Program-made: the position numbers and the translations under genes
Source of the DNA: Promethearchaeota archaeon
GTDB lineage: Archaea > Asgardarchaeota > Lokiarchaeia > Sigyniarchaeales > SOKP01
Direction of reading: 5' to 3'
DNA: 64,000 nt
Assembly: GCA_019894975.1 (NCBI GenBank)
Contig: JAGXNO010000007.1
Coordinates: 30,270-94,269, forward strand
The notes under the pieces: generated by a model
Told to the model about the DNA's origin: nothing
The model's database searches: none
The model's input: only the letters and a program-made list of their open reading frames with translations
Shown: positions 11,067 through 21,249 of the stretch, in pieces
Position numbering within the stretch: position 1 is the stretch's first letter
Layout of the letters: each line of letters opens with the position of its first letter

Positions 11067-14033
11067 TTGAAATTATTCTTTTATAGACTCCAAAGACATA
11101 TAAATCTACAATTTTTCAAGCATTCTTGGCTTGATCTAAAACGTGATAAAAATAAAGCAATATTCGGGGTATCAGGAATAGCAATTTCTTTATTTTTATT
11201 AACTGTTATAGGAATGCTTAATGATACAGTTAATTATAATTATTTGTTATATGTAACTTCTACTACGGGGAAAGCAGATATAATGATTACTAAAACCATT
11301 CAAACGGATTTAACATTTAATCCCTTTTTTGAAGAAGATATGATAGAAGATGATCTTAATAATATCGATGGTGTGGAAGAATTTTTTCCACGTATTATGA
11401 TGTTAGTAAAAACATCTTCAGATTTTACTACTTTAAGTGGTTTCCTTCAATTATATGGAATTGATTTTGAAAAAGAAGCAGAAAATGGTAAGATTGGAGA
11501 TTTAATAATTGTTGATAATTATGGAGAGGAGATAGGAGAAAATTACAATGATAAACCAAATATAGGAGAGTGTGTAATCCTGTGGAATGTGGCTGAGATT
11601 TTGAATGTAACTAGGGGAGATGATATTTATATTGAATATCAGAATGAGCAATTAAGTTTAACTGTTATTGAAATATGCATTCAAGATTTAAAATTCATGC
11701 AATTTGAAAATTCGCTCCTTCTAGTTAACTTAATAGAAGCTCAGTCATTTCTAAACAAACCTGGCCAAATCAATTTTATTGTAGGGACAATTCAAAATCC
11801 AAAGAGTATTTATGATGCTAGTAACATAGATCGTACAACGCGAAGATTAAGGAGAATTAGTGCTAACATACAAGATAACCTTAATATTAATGAATTTAGC
11901 ATAACTCTTCCGAAATTAGAAGAACTTGAGGGAGGAGAATTCTTATTAATGACAGTTACCATAATCTTTTGGTTTATTACCATTCTTTCGATGATTATTA
12001 CAGCCATTTTAATAAATAGTATCCTTTCAACCTCTGTTGAAGAAAGAGTTCGAGAATTCGGGATTGTTCGTGTAGTAGGTGGGAAAAAATTATATACCTT
12101 GAAAATGGTACTCTTTGAAGGATTGATGTTAGGCTTTATAGGATCAGTAATAGGTATGATTCTCGGTGTTTCTTTTATTAGACCAATAGCCCAAAGTCTA
12201 CTAAAATTATACAATTTTAATTTTAGCTTTTCTGATATAGATTGGGTAATAAAACCTCAAACCATTTATATAACATTTGCAATTGGAACAGGAGTTTCTT
12301 TAATCGTTGCATTATTGCCTGCTCTAAAAACAGCAAAAATAAACTTGATTAAATCAATTTCTCCTTTTAGAGCAAAAGAAGAAGGTTGGGAAATTAAAAA
12401 AGAAGGTAGTGTCAATGTGAAGAGTTTCCTTGTAGGGATAGCTATATCTACAATCGGAATGATTGTTTTTATATTAATTCCAAATATATTCGTCACAGGC
12501 GATTTTATGTTAACGTCTTCGTTATTTGTAGGCTTACTGGGAGCAGTATTACTGGGTTTGGTTTTTGCTTCTATAGGAATAGTTCCATTAGTTCAAAAAA
12601 TCTTTCTAGGTCTTTTTTCTCCATTTATTAAGAAATATAAAAATATTATCGGTATCTCCCTTAAAAGATATAGAAGGCGTAATACAAGCACTGTTCTTAT
12701 GTTTGCTATAAGTTTCTCATTTATTTTCTTCATTACAAGTGTAACAGAGATGGAATCTGAAAATATGGCATTAAACTTAAAATTTCAATATGGTTCAGAT
12801 TTAGTTTTATTAAATCAGGAATTATATGATGAGGAAAGTGCTTTAACTTTAGAAATGATTGATGAGCTCAGAAGTTTACCTGGAATCGATGAGGTTGCAA
12901 TGTCGCTTCATAATACATTTGATTTTCAAGCCGCATTATCGGCAATTTTCGATATAAGTGAAGGGCAGGTTGGGTTTAGTGGAGGAGGTGCAGAAGAAAT
13001 TTTGATGAATCTTTTTGAATTTTATGCTTCTCAAGAAGAAATGAAAATTAAAACAACTGCTGGAGACATGATGGATTTTGATGTAGTAAACGCGGGATTT
13101 ATAGGAATCAACGATGATTTTGTTGATATAATTGATCCCAACCTACTTATTTGGAAAAGTGATGGAAGTAGTACAGGGTATTCCTTTAACCAACTGTTTT
13201 CCCGAAATGATACTTGTATAATAGCGAAATCAATTGCAAGTGTAGTTGGAATTAGTGAAGTTGGGCAAAAAATACGTATTACATTTTATGATCCTGCGAA
13301 TCCTGAAAATAGTGGGTTACCATATAATTTAACTGTAGTAGGAATCTCTGGGGGAATTCCAGGTTTTTTTAATTTCAGATCCAATGAAAATTCTGCTGAA
13401 GGAGGGGGAGTTATGGTTTCATTAGACAACTATATGCGTTTAATGAAGGTTGAGAATCCTGGAGAGCCTAATATGATTGTAGACAAAGTTTTTATAAACC
13501 TACTTGATAAAACTGAAGAAAGTATTGAAGAAACAAAAGAAGACATCCGACTAATGTATCAAGATAAAGATATAACAATTGATGACGCAGTTTCTAAAAT
13601 TAATTTTATGGAAGAAATGACTGAGAGACAATCTTTCCTTATGGAGCTTATTTTATCATTCACCATAATGATAAGTATTTTTGGATTAGTAAGTAACATG
13701 TATGCAATTATGTTGGAAAGGAAATTTGAGATCGGAATACTCCGTTCGATGGGTATGAAAACTCGGAACGTAAGAAATATGTTTTTAGTTGAAAGTTTAA
13801 TTATTTTACTGAGTTCAGGTATTTTGGGCACTGTGATTGGAACATATGTTGGTTATTTACTTGAAACAAACATGGCCTTAATGACAGAAATGCCCGTAAT
13901 ATTCAAAATCCCTATAGATACTTTATTGAGAGTGTTTATAATATCCATTTCAGTAGGTATTTTGGGAATCTATTTAATTCTTATAAAATTATCAAGGCAA
14001 TCAATAATGGATATCTTTCGACAAACATTTTAG
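11067..14033 (+). CDS. FtsX/MacB-type ABC transporter permease
   Basis: SVEERVREFGIVRVVGG and MLERKFEIGILRSMGM motifs. Paralog of the first ORF (shared RYxRRNxSTV..FA.SFSF and YGSDLV motifs). Confidence 0.9.
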   Translation: MKLFFYRLQRHINLQFFKHSWLDLKRDKNKAIFGVSGIAISLFLLTVIGMLNDTVNYNYLLYVTSTTGKADIMITKTIQTDLTFNPFFEEDMIEDDLNNIDGVEEFFPRIMMLVKTSSDFTTLSGFLQLYGIDFEKEAENGKIGDLIIVDNYGEEIGENYNDKPNIGECVILWNVAEILNVTRGDDIYIEYQNEQLSLTVIEICIQDLKFMQFENSLLLVNLIEAQSFLNKPGQINFIVGTIQNPKSIYDASNIDRTTRRLRRISANIQDNLNINEFSITLPKLEELEGGEFLLMTVTIIFWFITILSMIITAILINSILSTSVEERVREFGIVRVVGGKKLYTLKMVLFEGLMLGFIGSVIGMILGVSFIRPIAQSLLKLYNFNFSFSDIDWVIKPQTIYITFAIGTGVSLIVALLPALKTAKINLIKSISPFRAKEEGWEIKKEGSVNVKSFLVGIAISTIGMIVFILIPNIFVTGDFMLTSSLFVGLLGAVLLGLVFASIGIVPLVQKIFLGLFSPFIKKYKNIIGISLKRYRRRNTSTVLMFAISFSFIFFITSVTEMESENMALNLKFQYGSDLVLLNQELYDEESALTLEMIDELRSLPGIDEVAMSLHNTFDFQAALSAIFDISEGQVGFSGGGAEEILMNLFEFYASQEEMKIKTTAGDMMDFDVVNAGFIGINDDFVDIIDPNLLIWKSDGSSTGYSFNQLFSRNDTCIIAKSIASVVGISEVGQKIRITFYDPANPENSGLPYNLTVVGISGGIPGFFNFRSNENSAEGGGVMVSLDNYMRLMKVENPGEPNMIVDKVFINLLDKTEESIEETKEDIRLMYQDKDITIDDAVSKINFMEEMTERQSFLMELILSFTIMISIFGLVSNMYAIMLERKFEIGILRSMGMKTRNVRNMFLVESLIILLSSGILGTVIGTYVGYLLETNMALMTEMPVIFKIPIDTLLRVFIISISVGILGIYLILIKLSRQSIMDIFRQTF

Positions 14034-14059
14034 GATTATTTAGTTTTATAAAATTTCTT

Positions 14060-14644
14060 CTATTTCTTTTCTAGGTAATCCAATAATTTAGTAAATGCTT
14101 GTCCTCTATGAGAAATTTTATTCTTCTCTTCAGCGGATAATTCAGCAAATGTTTTATCAGGTAAAATATTAGGGATAAAAATTGGATCAAAACCAAATCC
14201 TCCTTTACCTCTGATTGTATTGGATACCCTACCTTCAACATTTCCTTCAAAAAATAGAATTTTATCAATAAATTTATGGTAAAATGCAATGATAGCTGAA
14301 AAATGAGCTTTAGATAACTCAAAATCATCAATCAATTTAAGAATTCCCTCGTTTCCTATAGTTTTTAATACATACGAGGAATAAACTCCAGGAAAACCTT
14401 TGAGTGGGGAATCAATAAAAAATCCAGCATCCTCTATGAAAAAAGAGCCATCTATACTGTTTTTTACACTATTCAATTTAAATAGTGCCACTTCCCTTAA
14501 AGAATGTGCTTGAATTTCTGTTGTTTTAATATCCCTTTGTTTTAAATCGTATTTCATATTTTTATCCTTAAAAATTTCTGATACTTCTTGGAATTTGAAT
14601 TTATTCCCAGTAACAAAGTAAACTGTGTTTTCATCATTGTTCAT
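14060..14644 (-). CDS. rdgB: Non-canonical purine NTP pyrophosphatase (HAM1/RdgB)
   Basis: VTGNKFK, EDAG, GFPGVYS, GFGFDPIF and KNKISHRG motifs. Confidence 0.95.
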   Translation of the reverse strand: MNNDENTVYFVTGNKFKFQEVSEIFKDKNMKYDLKQRDIKTTEIQAHSLREVALFKLNSVKNSIDGSFFIEDAGFFIDSPLKGFPGVYSSYVLKTIGNEGILKLIDDFELSKAHFSAIIAFYHKFIDKILFFEGNVEGRVSNTIRGKGGFGFDPIFIPNILPDKTFAELSAEEKNKISHRGQAFTKLLDYLEKK

Positions 14645-14851
14645 AATTACTATAATTAAGCTGTGTTTTTAGTTATTTTCCAACGCAATTTATTTGGATT
14701 AAATTTTAAGGAATAAAAAACTATTTAATTGTAAGTATTGAATCTAGCACTTTTCCGTAGCTTTAACCAAAACTTTATTTTGTATATTTCTTTATTTAAG
14801 GTATAATAATATTTTAAAATTCTGTAAAGTTATTGTCCAGTTGAGCGAAAA

Positions 14852-15310
14852 ATGGCGCGGATGCACTCTCGTAAGAAAGGTAAATCAGGTAGTACACGTC
14901 CTGCAAGATTAGAGAAACCCGTATGGGTTGAGTTATCACCTGATGAAGTTGAGAATGAAGTTGTTAAGCTTGCTAGAAAAGGTAATTCAAAATCGATGAT
15001 AGGAACTATTATGAGAGATTCTCGTGGAGTACCTTTAGTCAAAATAGTAGCAGGTAAGAAAATTAGTCAAATTCTTGAAGCAAATGATATTAAAGGCCCA
15101 CTTCCAGAAGATTTAGCCAATTTGGTTAGAAAGGCATTAACCATTAGAACGCATCTTGAAGATAATCATAAAGATTTAGAAGGAAAGAAAGGACTTAATC
15201 GGACTGAATCTAAAATTTATCGACTGATTAAATATTATAAAAAGAAAAAAGTGTTAGCTACTGATTTTAAATATGATCCTGAGAAAATTAGAACGCTAGT
15301 CGCAAGATAA
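14852..15310 (+). CDS. rps15: 30S ribosomal protein uS15 (S15/S13e)
   Basis: MARMHSRKKGKSGS N-terminus, LPEDL and ESKIYRLIKYYK. Confidence 0.97.
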   Translation: MARMHSRKKGKSGSTRPARLEKPVWVELSPDEVENEVVKLARKGNSKSMIGTIMRDSRGVPLVKIVAGKKISQILEANDIKGPLPEDLANLVRKALTIRTHLEDNHKDLEGKKGLNRTESKIYRLIKYYKKKKVLATDFKYDPEKIRTLVAR

Positions 15311-15324
15311 GGGGAGGATCTAAA

Positions 15325-16134
15325 TTGAGCTCGAAAGCAAGAAAGAAAAAACCTAAAATAAAAAAAGTTACTTTTAAAGATAAATCATGGTTCCAGATTG
15401 TAACTCCAAAAATCTTTAATTTTAAACCAATTGGTGAAATTATAGGTCTCGAAGATACTATTATGGGAAGGACCATTGAAACTCTTCTTTTTGACTTCAC
15501 TCATAAATATTCTGATATTAGTTTGAAGCTAAAGTTTCGTGTGAATGAAGTCAATAATGGAGCAAAAAAGTGTAGTACTATTTTTATTGGGCATCAGTAT
15601 ACTACCGATTTCATACGTTCATTAATTGGAAGAGGTAGTTCAAAGATACAGATTATATTAAATTTAACTACTAAAGATGGCTTCACTTTTCGATTAACTA
15701 CCATCTGTACAACTTTAAAGAGAGCTAGAAATTCTCAGATTGTGTTAATAAGAAAAATTATGCGTGAGATTCTTCAAGAATTTGCCAAATCTCTCAATCA
15801 TGAGAAATTTATTGCAGGAATTATTTATGGAGAATTTCAAAACCAAATTCAGCGAGTAGCTAAAACTATATATCCATTAACAAATTGTACCGTTGTCAAA
15901 AGTAAGCTTGTAAACATACCTGAAGGTGGGGAAGACCAAGAAATCCCTGATGATCAATTCGAGATTGTTGAAGTAGAAGTAAAGAGATCTCGAAAATCAG
16001 AGATAAGGAGGTCTGAGCGAATAAATGTCAAAAATTTAAACCAAACCAAAACTAGACGAACCCCTTCAGAACCAAAGCAAGTAGTAAAAGCAACAGAACA
16101 GGATGATGATAAACCAGAAGAAGATTCGTCCTAA
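15325..16134 (+). CDS. rps3ae: 30S ribosomal protein eS1 (S3Ae)
   Basis: FKDKSWFQIVTPKIF, GRTIETLL, DFIRSLI and KTIYPL motifs; follows rps15; TTG start with GGGGAGG upstream. Confidence 0.92.
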   Translation: MSSKARKKKPKIKKVTFKDKSWFQIVTPKIFNFKPIGEIIGLEDTIMGRTIETLLFDFTHKYSDISLKLKFRVNEVNNGAKKCSTIFIGHQYTTDFIRSLIGRGSSKIQIILNLTTKDGFTFRLTTICTTLKRARNSQIVLIRKIMREILQEFAKSLNHEKFIAGIIYGEFQNQIQRVAKTIYPLTNCTVVKSKLVNIPEGGEDQEIPDDQFEIVEVEVKRSRKSEIRRSERINVKNLNQTKTRRTPSEPKQVVKATEQDDDKPEEDSS

Positions 16135-16283
16135 TTCTATATTACTTATATTTTAAACTCCTGTTTAATATTGATTAAAAAATTTTTTAGAGTAAACAAA
16201 TTTAACCTTTAGATCATAATAAAATATTAATTCTAACTATTATTTTTATACTTCTTTAAAATAAGAGGAAATGTGTAAAAACT

Positions 16284-18029
16284 ATGTCAAATCAAGAGGG
16301 AAATCGAGATAATCAATATAATTTTGATGACTATTTGTTTGTAAGAGATAATTTCAATTATTATACGGACGATGAATTCTTACAAGCATTAGTACAAAAA
16401 TATACTGGAATTGAGTTTGAAAAAATAGATAGAGACCTTAGAGCTCTTTCTGACTATGTTTCTTTTAGATTTAAAAATCTAGCTGATAAAGCTAATGAGC
16501 TAGAAAATAGAATAAAAGTCACTAAACTCAAACACTTCGACGCTCATAATCATAGAATAGATAGAATCGAACGTTGTACGGAGACTGAGATTTTAGAACA
16601 AGAAGTGTTTAGCCTTGGTCTTTACGACCCTGCAAGGAATACTCCTTGGAGTAGATTTACGAAAATGTTTTTACTTTATGAAAATGGAGAATCAGGTGTT
16701 ATGTGCCCTGTGGCGTGTTCACATGGAGCTGTTGAACTTCTGCAGAAGTATGAGAATGAATTGGATCCAGAAGCATTAGAGATTCTCAACTATATCAGAG
16801 ATGGAAAAAAAGGAGAATATGCTAAAGGTGCTCAATTCGTAAGTGAGATTCAAGGCGGAAGTGATGTCCCTGCCAATCTTGTAGAAGCAATTTTCCAAAA
16901 AGAAGAGGGTCCTGATGGAATTTCAAACTGTTGGAGATTATATGGCCAGAAATTTTTCTGCTCCGCAACTCACGCGGATTATGCGGTTGTTACTGCAAAA
17001 CCTAAAGGAGTAGAATCATCCACTAAAGTTGCTGCATTTGTAGTTCCTTCATGGCTTCCGGGAAATAAAGAAAAAGAAACTAGAAATTCTTTCACTATTG
17101 ATAGGTTGAAACAAAAATTGGGAACTGCAGAATTACCAACAGCCGAAATCACATATAATGGTGCTGTTGCATTTCCCGTAGGTCCACTCGAAAAAGGGCT
17201 TGCGGATATCGTTGGAACTGTTCTTTCACTTTCTAGACTTCATGTAGCTTTTGGAATGGCTTCTGGTGCTTTACGTGTTGCACGAGAAGCATTATTATAT
17301 TCACAATTTAGAACTGCTTTTGGTATTCCAATTTCTTCCTTCCCATTAATGATAAATCAAATAAATGAATTGGATCATTATTCTAAAAGAAGTGCAGCAG
17401 GAGCATTTAAAGTATATTCAGAATACATTAATTTTGGGGAAGACTTAATTAGTGGCATAAGGCAACTGGAAAAAATAGATGATATTGAAGAACGTAAACG
17501 TCGTTTCAGATTAATGGAATTAATTATGTTACAAAAAATCGTTGTTGCTGATGAAGCCCCAGCGATGATACGTAAAGCAATCTCATTTTTTGGGGGTCAT
17601 GGAATTATGGAAGATTTCTTATCTCTTCCGCGTTTACACCGTGATTCTATGATAATGGAATTATGGGAGGGTCCAAGAAACGTTCTTCTCACTCAAATCC
17701 ATCGAGATCTTGGAAGAGTTAAAGACTGGTATCCTTTAGAAACCTTTTGTAGAGATTTACTGAAGGGAGCTGACTCAGATCAACTTGAAGAATACGTATC
17801 TGAATTCATTAGAATAATGTCTCATGATAGTCTTCTAAGAAATGATCCAGAAACCTTGGCAATTTGCCATGATTGGGAGTTATTTTCTACTAAATTATTT
17901 ATTGCGTATCAAGAGCAAGCTCTAAGTGAACTGAACTATGAGGGAAAAGAACTAAAGTTCTCAAAATTATTACGTGAACTGAAGAAACGTAAAAAATCAG
18001 TCAAACAGATGCAACCAGTAATACAATAG
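16284..18029 (+). CDS. Acyl-CoA dehydrogenase family protein (AidB-like)
   Basis: SEIQGGSDV, LYGQKFFCS, RLKQKLGT, FGGHGIME and WEGPRNV motifs. Confidence 0.9.
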   Translation: MSNQEGNRDNQYNFDDYLFVRDNFNYYTDDEFLQALVQKYTGIEFEKIDRDLRALSDYVSFRFKNLADKANELENRIKVTKLKHFDAHNHRIDRIERCTETEILEQEVFSLGLYDPARNTPWSRFTKMFLLYENGESGVMCPVACSHGAVELLQKYENELDPEALEILNYIRDGKKGEYAKGAQFVSEIQGGSDVPANLVEAIFQKEEGPDGISNCWRLYGQKFFCSATHADYAVVTAKPKGVESSTKVAAFVVPSWLPGNKEKETRNSFTIDRLKQKLGTAELPTAEITYNGAVAFPVGPLEKGLADIVGTVLSLSRLHVAFGMASGALRVAREALLYSQFRTAFGIPISSFPLMINQINELDHYSKRSAAGAFKVYSEYINFGEDLISGIRQLEKIDDIEERKRRFRLMELIMLQKIVVADEAPAMIRKAISFFGGHGIMEDFLSLPRLHRDSMIMELWEGPRNVLLTQIHRDLGRVKDWYPLETFCRDLLKGADSDQLEEYVSEFIRIMSHDSLLRNDPETLAICHDWELFSTKLFIAYQEQALSELNYEGKELKFSKLLRELKKRKKSVKQMQPVIQ

Positions 18030-18038
18030 TATGGATAG

Positions 18039-19331
18039 TTAGAAGGGATTAGGTTTTTTTACATTTTTTCCACCAGATTCTTGATAGTACAACGTATTTG
18101 GTGGAATATTTTCATTTACTATCGTGTGGGCTCCAATAACAGAATTGTTTCCTATGATTTTTCCACACATGATACTTGCATTGATTCCTGTTTGAGAATT
18201 TGGACCTATGATTGCCCCTAATTTTCTAAGTCCAGAATCAATTAAGGATCCATTGATATTCATAGTAACATTTTGATTATCAAAACGTAGGTTAGAAATT
18301 TTTGTACCCGCACCGAGATTAACATCTTCACATATGATTGAATCCCCTATATAATTAAAGTGTGGAATAGCAGAATTCGAAAATATTATTGAATTCTTGA
18401 TTTCGCTCATTCCTATGTGACAGTTATCATTTATAGATGTATATGGTCGAATAAATGCGTTTGGTCCTATTAAACACTTATTACCAATGTAGCACGGTCC
18501 CTGAATGTAGGATCCTGATTTGATAATTGAATCTTTTCCAATATATACATTTCCTGTTATAGTTACGTTTTCTTCTACAATACCTAAATTTTTAGATTCT
18601 AATTTGTCTAAAATATGATGATTTACTTCAAATAGTTGCCAAGGAAGACCTATGTCATTCCAATAATAATCTTTGATAATATATCCTTTTATTTTTACCC
18701 CAAATTCTTCAATTAAAATCTCCATTGAGTCGGTTATCTCATACTCATTTCGAATTGATTTCTCTGTTTTTTCAATAGCTTTGAATATTAAAGGGTTAAA
18801 AATATATATTCCAGCATTGGCTAGATTTCCTAATTTCAATTTTGAAGATGGTTTTTCTGTAATTTTTTCCACGAAACCATTGGAATTCAATGAAATTACT
18901 CCAAAATTTTCAGGATTTTCCACTTCAAATAAAGTTATATATCCTTCACTTGGATTTTTTTTATATTCTTGGACTAATTCCTTAAGAATTTCTGCATCGA
19001 CAAAGATATCTCCATTTAGTATTAGAAAGGGTTCTTCTCTCATAGAATTTTTTACTTGAGCTACGGCGTGAGCGGTTCCTAAAAATTCTTTTTGAGTTAT
19101 ATATTCAATTTCTAAATTAAATTCTTTAGAAAATTTGTCAAAATGGTAACGTATTGTTTCTTCTTTATAACCAACAATCAGTATGATATGGTTAATTCCT
19201 GCTTCTTTTAAACCAATAATGGTATGTTCCAAAAGAGGTTTACCAATTAGAGGAATCATAGGTTTGGGTCTTGAAGTAGTAATTGGCCGTAACCTCTTTC
19301 CCTCACCTGCAGTTAATATGATTGCTCTCAT
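18039..19331 (-). CDS. Bifunctional sugar-1-phosphate nucleotidylyltransferase/acetyltransferase (GlmU-like)
   Basis: AGEGKRLRPIT..RPKPM N-terminus and a C-terminal hexapeptide left-handed beta-helix (HFNYIGDS, GAGT). Confidence 0.9.
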   Translation of the reverse strand: MRAIILTAGEGKRLRPITTSRPKPMIPLIGKPLLEHTIIGLKEAGINHIILIVGYKEETIRYHFDKFSKEFNLEIEYITQKEFLGTAHAVAQVKNSMREEPFLILNGDIFVDAEILKELVQEYKKNPSEGYITLFEVENPENFGVISLNSNGFVEKITEKPSSKLKLGNLANAGIYIFNPLIFKAIEKTEKSIRNEYEITDSMEILIEEFGVKIKGYIIKDYYWNDIGLPWQLFEVNHHILDKLESKNLGIVEENVTITGNVYIGKDSIIKSGSYIQGPCYIGNKCLIGPNAFIRPYTSINDNCHIGMSEIKNSIIFSNSAIPHFNYIGDSIICEDVNLGAGTKISNLRFDNQNVTMNINGSLIDSGLRKLGAIIGPNSQTGINASIMCGKIIGNNSVIGAHTIVNENIPPNTLYYQESGGKNVKKPNPF

Positions 19332-19358
19332 AGGTGAAATTTAAGAAATTTATTTTTA

Positions 19359-20252
19359 TTAATCGTCAAAATCTTTGACTATTTCATTAAGTTGTTGATT
19401 TAAATGATTAAAGGGTTTTAGATTCCCCGCGAATTCCTTCTGAAAAATAGTGTCTAATATCATTTTAGCTTTAAACTGCTTAAAGATATTTTTAATTTTA
19501 TAGAAATTTCCTGAAGCAATAAAATCTAATGAATAGTCTTTAATACTTCCAAATAATATTATCATCTTGTTTTTGGAGCCCTCGGTATCAATAAAATGAA
19601 TTTCTTTTATCCCTGTCTTTGCTCGAATTTGTGTATTCATTGAAATTGTTTCTAATTTAGCAGAAAGATCTGAAGTGAATAGCTCAATATTTTCTATAGT
19701 GTTTTCTTTTGCTAAATTCAGAAGAAGATTTATATCAAAAAGTTGAGAGATTATAGGTAATCCTTGGGATGATATTCCCGCATAAAGAATAGCATTTTTC
19801 ACATTATTTTCATTTTCATCAAAAATGATTTCTTCTTCTAAAGGTTCTGTATACTTTTCTTTCAGATAATTAACAATTAAAGATACAACATCATTGAAAG
19901 TGGATTCTTCAGAGGCATTTTTTAATTCAGCCAGATTCTTGTAATGCAAATTAACTTGTTTGCTAAATTCATTTACAATCTTAAAGGTCTCCTCTGATCC
20001 TACCTCAAAATCGCCGATTATGCAGAAAAATAGATTCTGTAATTTTTTTGTCACTATGTGCTTTACGATTATTCTTTCTCGTCCTATCTTATGATCCTTT
20101 AAACAAATTTTTTTTAAACGCCAAGTATTTCTGGGATTTATACTTCGAAGTAGCTTTTCCAAAAAAAGGATTATCTCAAAAGAGCTATATTTTTTGTTGT
20201 TTGAACAATACAAAACATCCTCTTCTAAAATAATTGTAAAACCATTAATCAT
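19359..20252 (-). CDS. Hypothetical protein, possible tandem longin/roadblock-like domains
   Basis: Two beta-hairpin+helix units (MINGFTIILEEDVLY; ILYAGISSQGLPIISQLF). Confidence 0.5.
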   Translation of the reverse strand: MINGFTIILEEDVLYCSNNKKYSSFEIILFLEKLLRSINPRNTWRLKKICLKDHKIGRERIIVKHIVTKKLQNLFFCIIGDFEVGSEETFKIVNEFSKQVNLHYKNLAELKNASEESTFNDVVSLIVNYLKEKYTEPLEEEIIFDENENNVKNAILYAGISSQGLPIISQLFDINLLLNLAKENTIENIELFTSDLSAKLETISMNTQIRAKTGIKEIHFIDTEGSKNKMIILFGSIKDYSLDFIASGNFYKIKNIFKQFKAKMILDTIFQKEFAGNLKPFNHLNQQLNEIVKDFDD

Positions 20253-20442
20253 CGAAAAAACTCTTAGAACTTAAAAAAGTCATTAGTGAGCTCTTATATT
20301 GGTAATAACTTTTAAGGAATTTAATTTTATTTAATTTTGTAAAACCATCGAATTTCTTTTACTAAATTTGTATATATAAGTTTATTAGCTATATAACTCT
20401 TAAAAAAAATAATTATTTGAAGTTGCTTTATATAAATCACAA

Positions 20443-21249
20443 ATGGAAACTTTAACTTCATCTCAAAAAGAAAATATTAAGATAGCTGCAGAGATATTAC
20501 TAAATTCAAAGCATTCAATTGTATTAACTGGAGCGGGAATTTCAACTGGATCGGGTATACCTGATTTTAGGGGAGCGGGTGGAATTTGGGAAAAATATAA
20601 ACCAAAAATTTATGGAAATATTGAATCTTTTTTAAAAGATCCTTCTAAATTCTGGAAAATGGCTGAAGAAATTGCTCCAACATTGTTTAATGCTGAACCT
20701 AATCCAGGTCATTCTGCCCTTGCAGAACTTGAAAAAAAGAAAATTATTAAAGCAATTATAACTCAGAATATAGATGAGCTGCATCAAAAAGCCGGTGCTG
20801 TTATAGTCTATGAAGTTCATGGAAATATCAACAGATTTACTTGCCTTGGGTGCAGAGCGAGTTATACTAAAGAACAGGTTTTAAGCAAAATAAAAAGAAT
20901 TAAAAAATCAGCACCACTCTGTGATTATTGTGGAGCACCTTTAAAACCTTCAGTGGTACTTTTTGGAGAAGATCTTCCAAAATTTGAAAAATATATGTCT
21001 ATCGATTTAGCAAAGAAAGCAGATGTTATGTTAATTGCTGGATCATCATTAACTGTAGCTCCAATTTGTGATTTACCTGTATATACATTAAGTGGAGCGG
21101 GTAAATTAATAATTGTAAATGACCAGCCTACACATTTAGATGATAAAGCTGAAATTGTGATTAATCATAAAACTGAAGTCATTTTACCTTTAATTGTTGA
21201 AGAAATCAAAAAAATTAAAATTAAACGTGAATCTGAACTAAGCATATAG
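20443..21249 (+). CDS. cobB: NAD-dependent protein deacylase (Sir2 family)
   Basis: TGAGISTGSGIPDFRG, TQNID, HG, two CxxC pairs and GSSL. Confidence 0.95.
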   Translation: METLTSSQKENIKIAAEILLNSKHSIVLTGAGISTGSGIPDFRGAGGIWEKYKPKIYGNIESFLKDPSKFWKMAEEIAPTLFNAEPNPGHSALAELEKKKIIKAIITQNIDELHQKAGAVIVYEVHGNINRFTCLGCRASYTKEQVLSKIKRIKKSAPLCDYCGAPLKPSVVLFGEDLPKFEKYMSIDLAKKADVMLIAGSSLTVAPICDLPVYTLSGAGKLIIVNDQPTHLDDKAEIVINHKTEVILPLIVEEIKKIKIKRESELSI

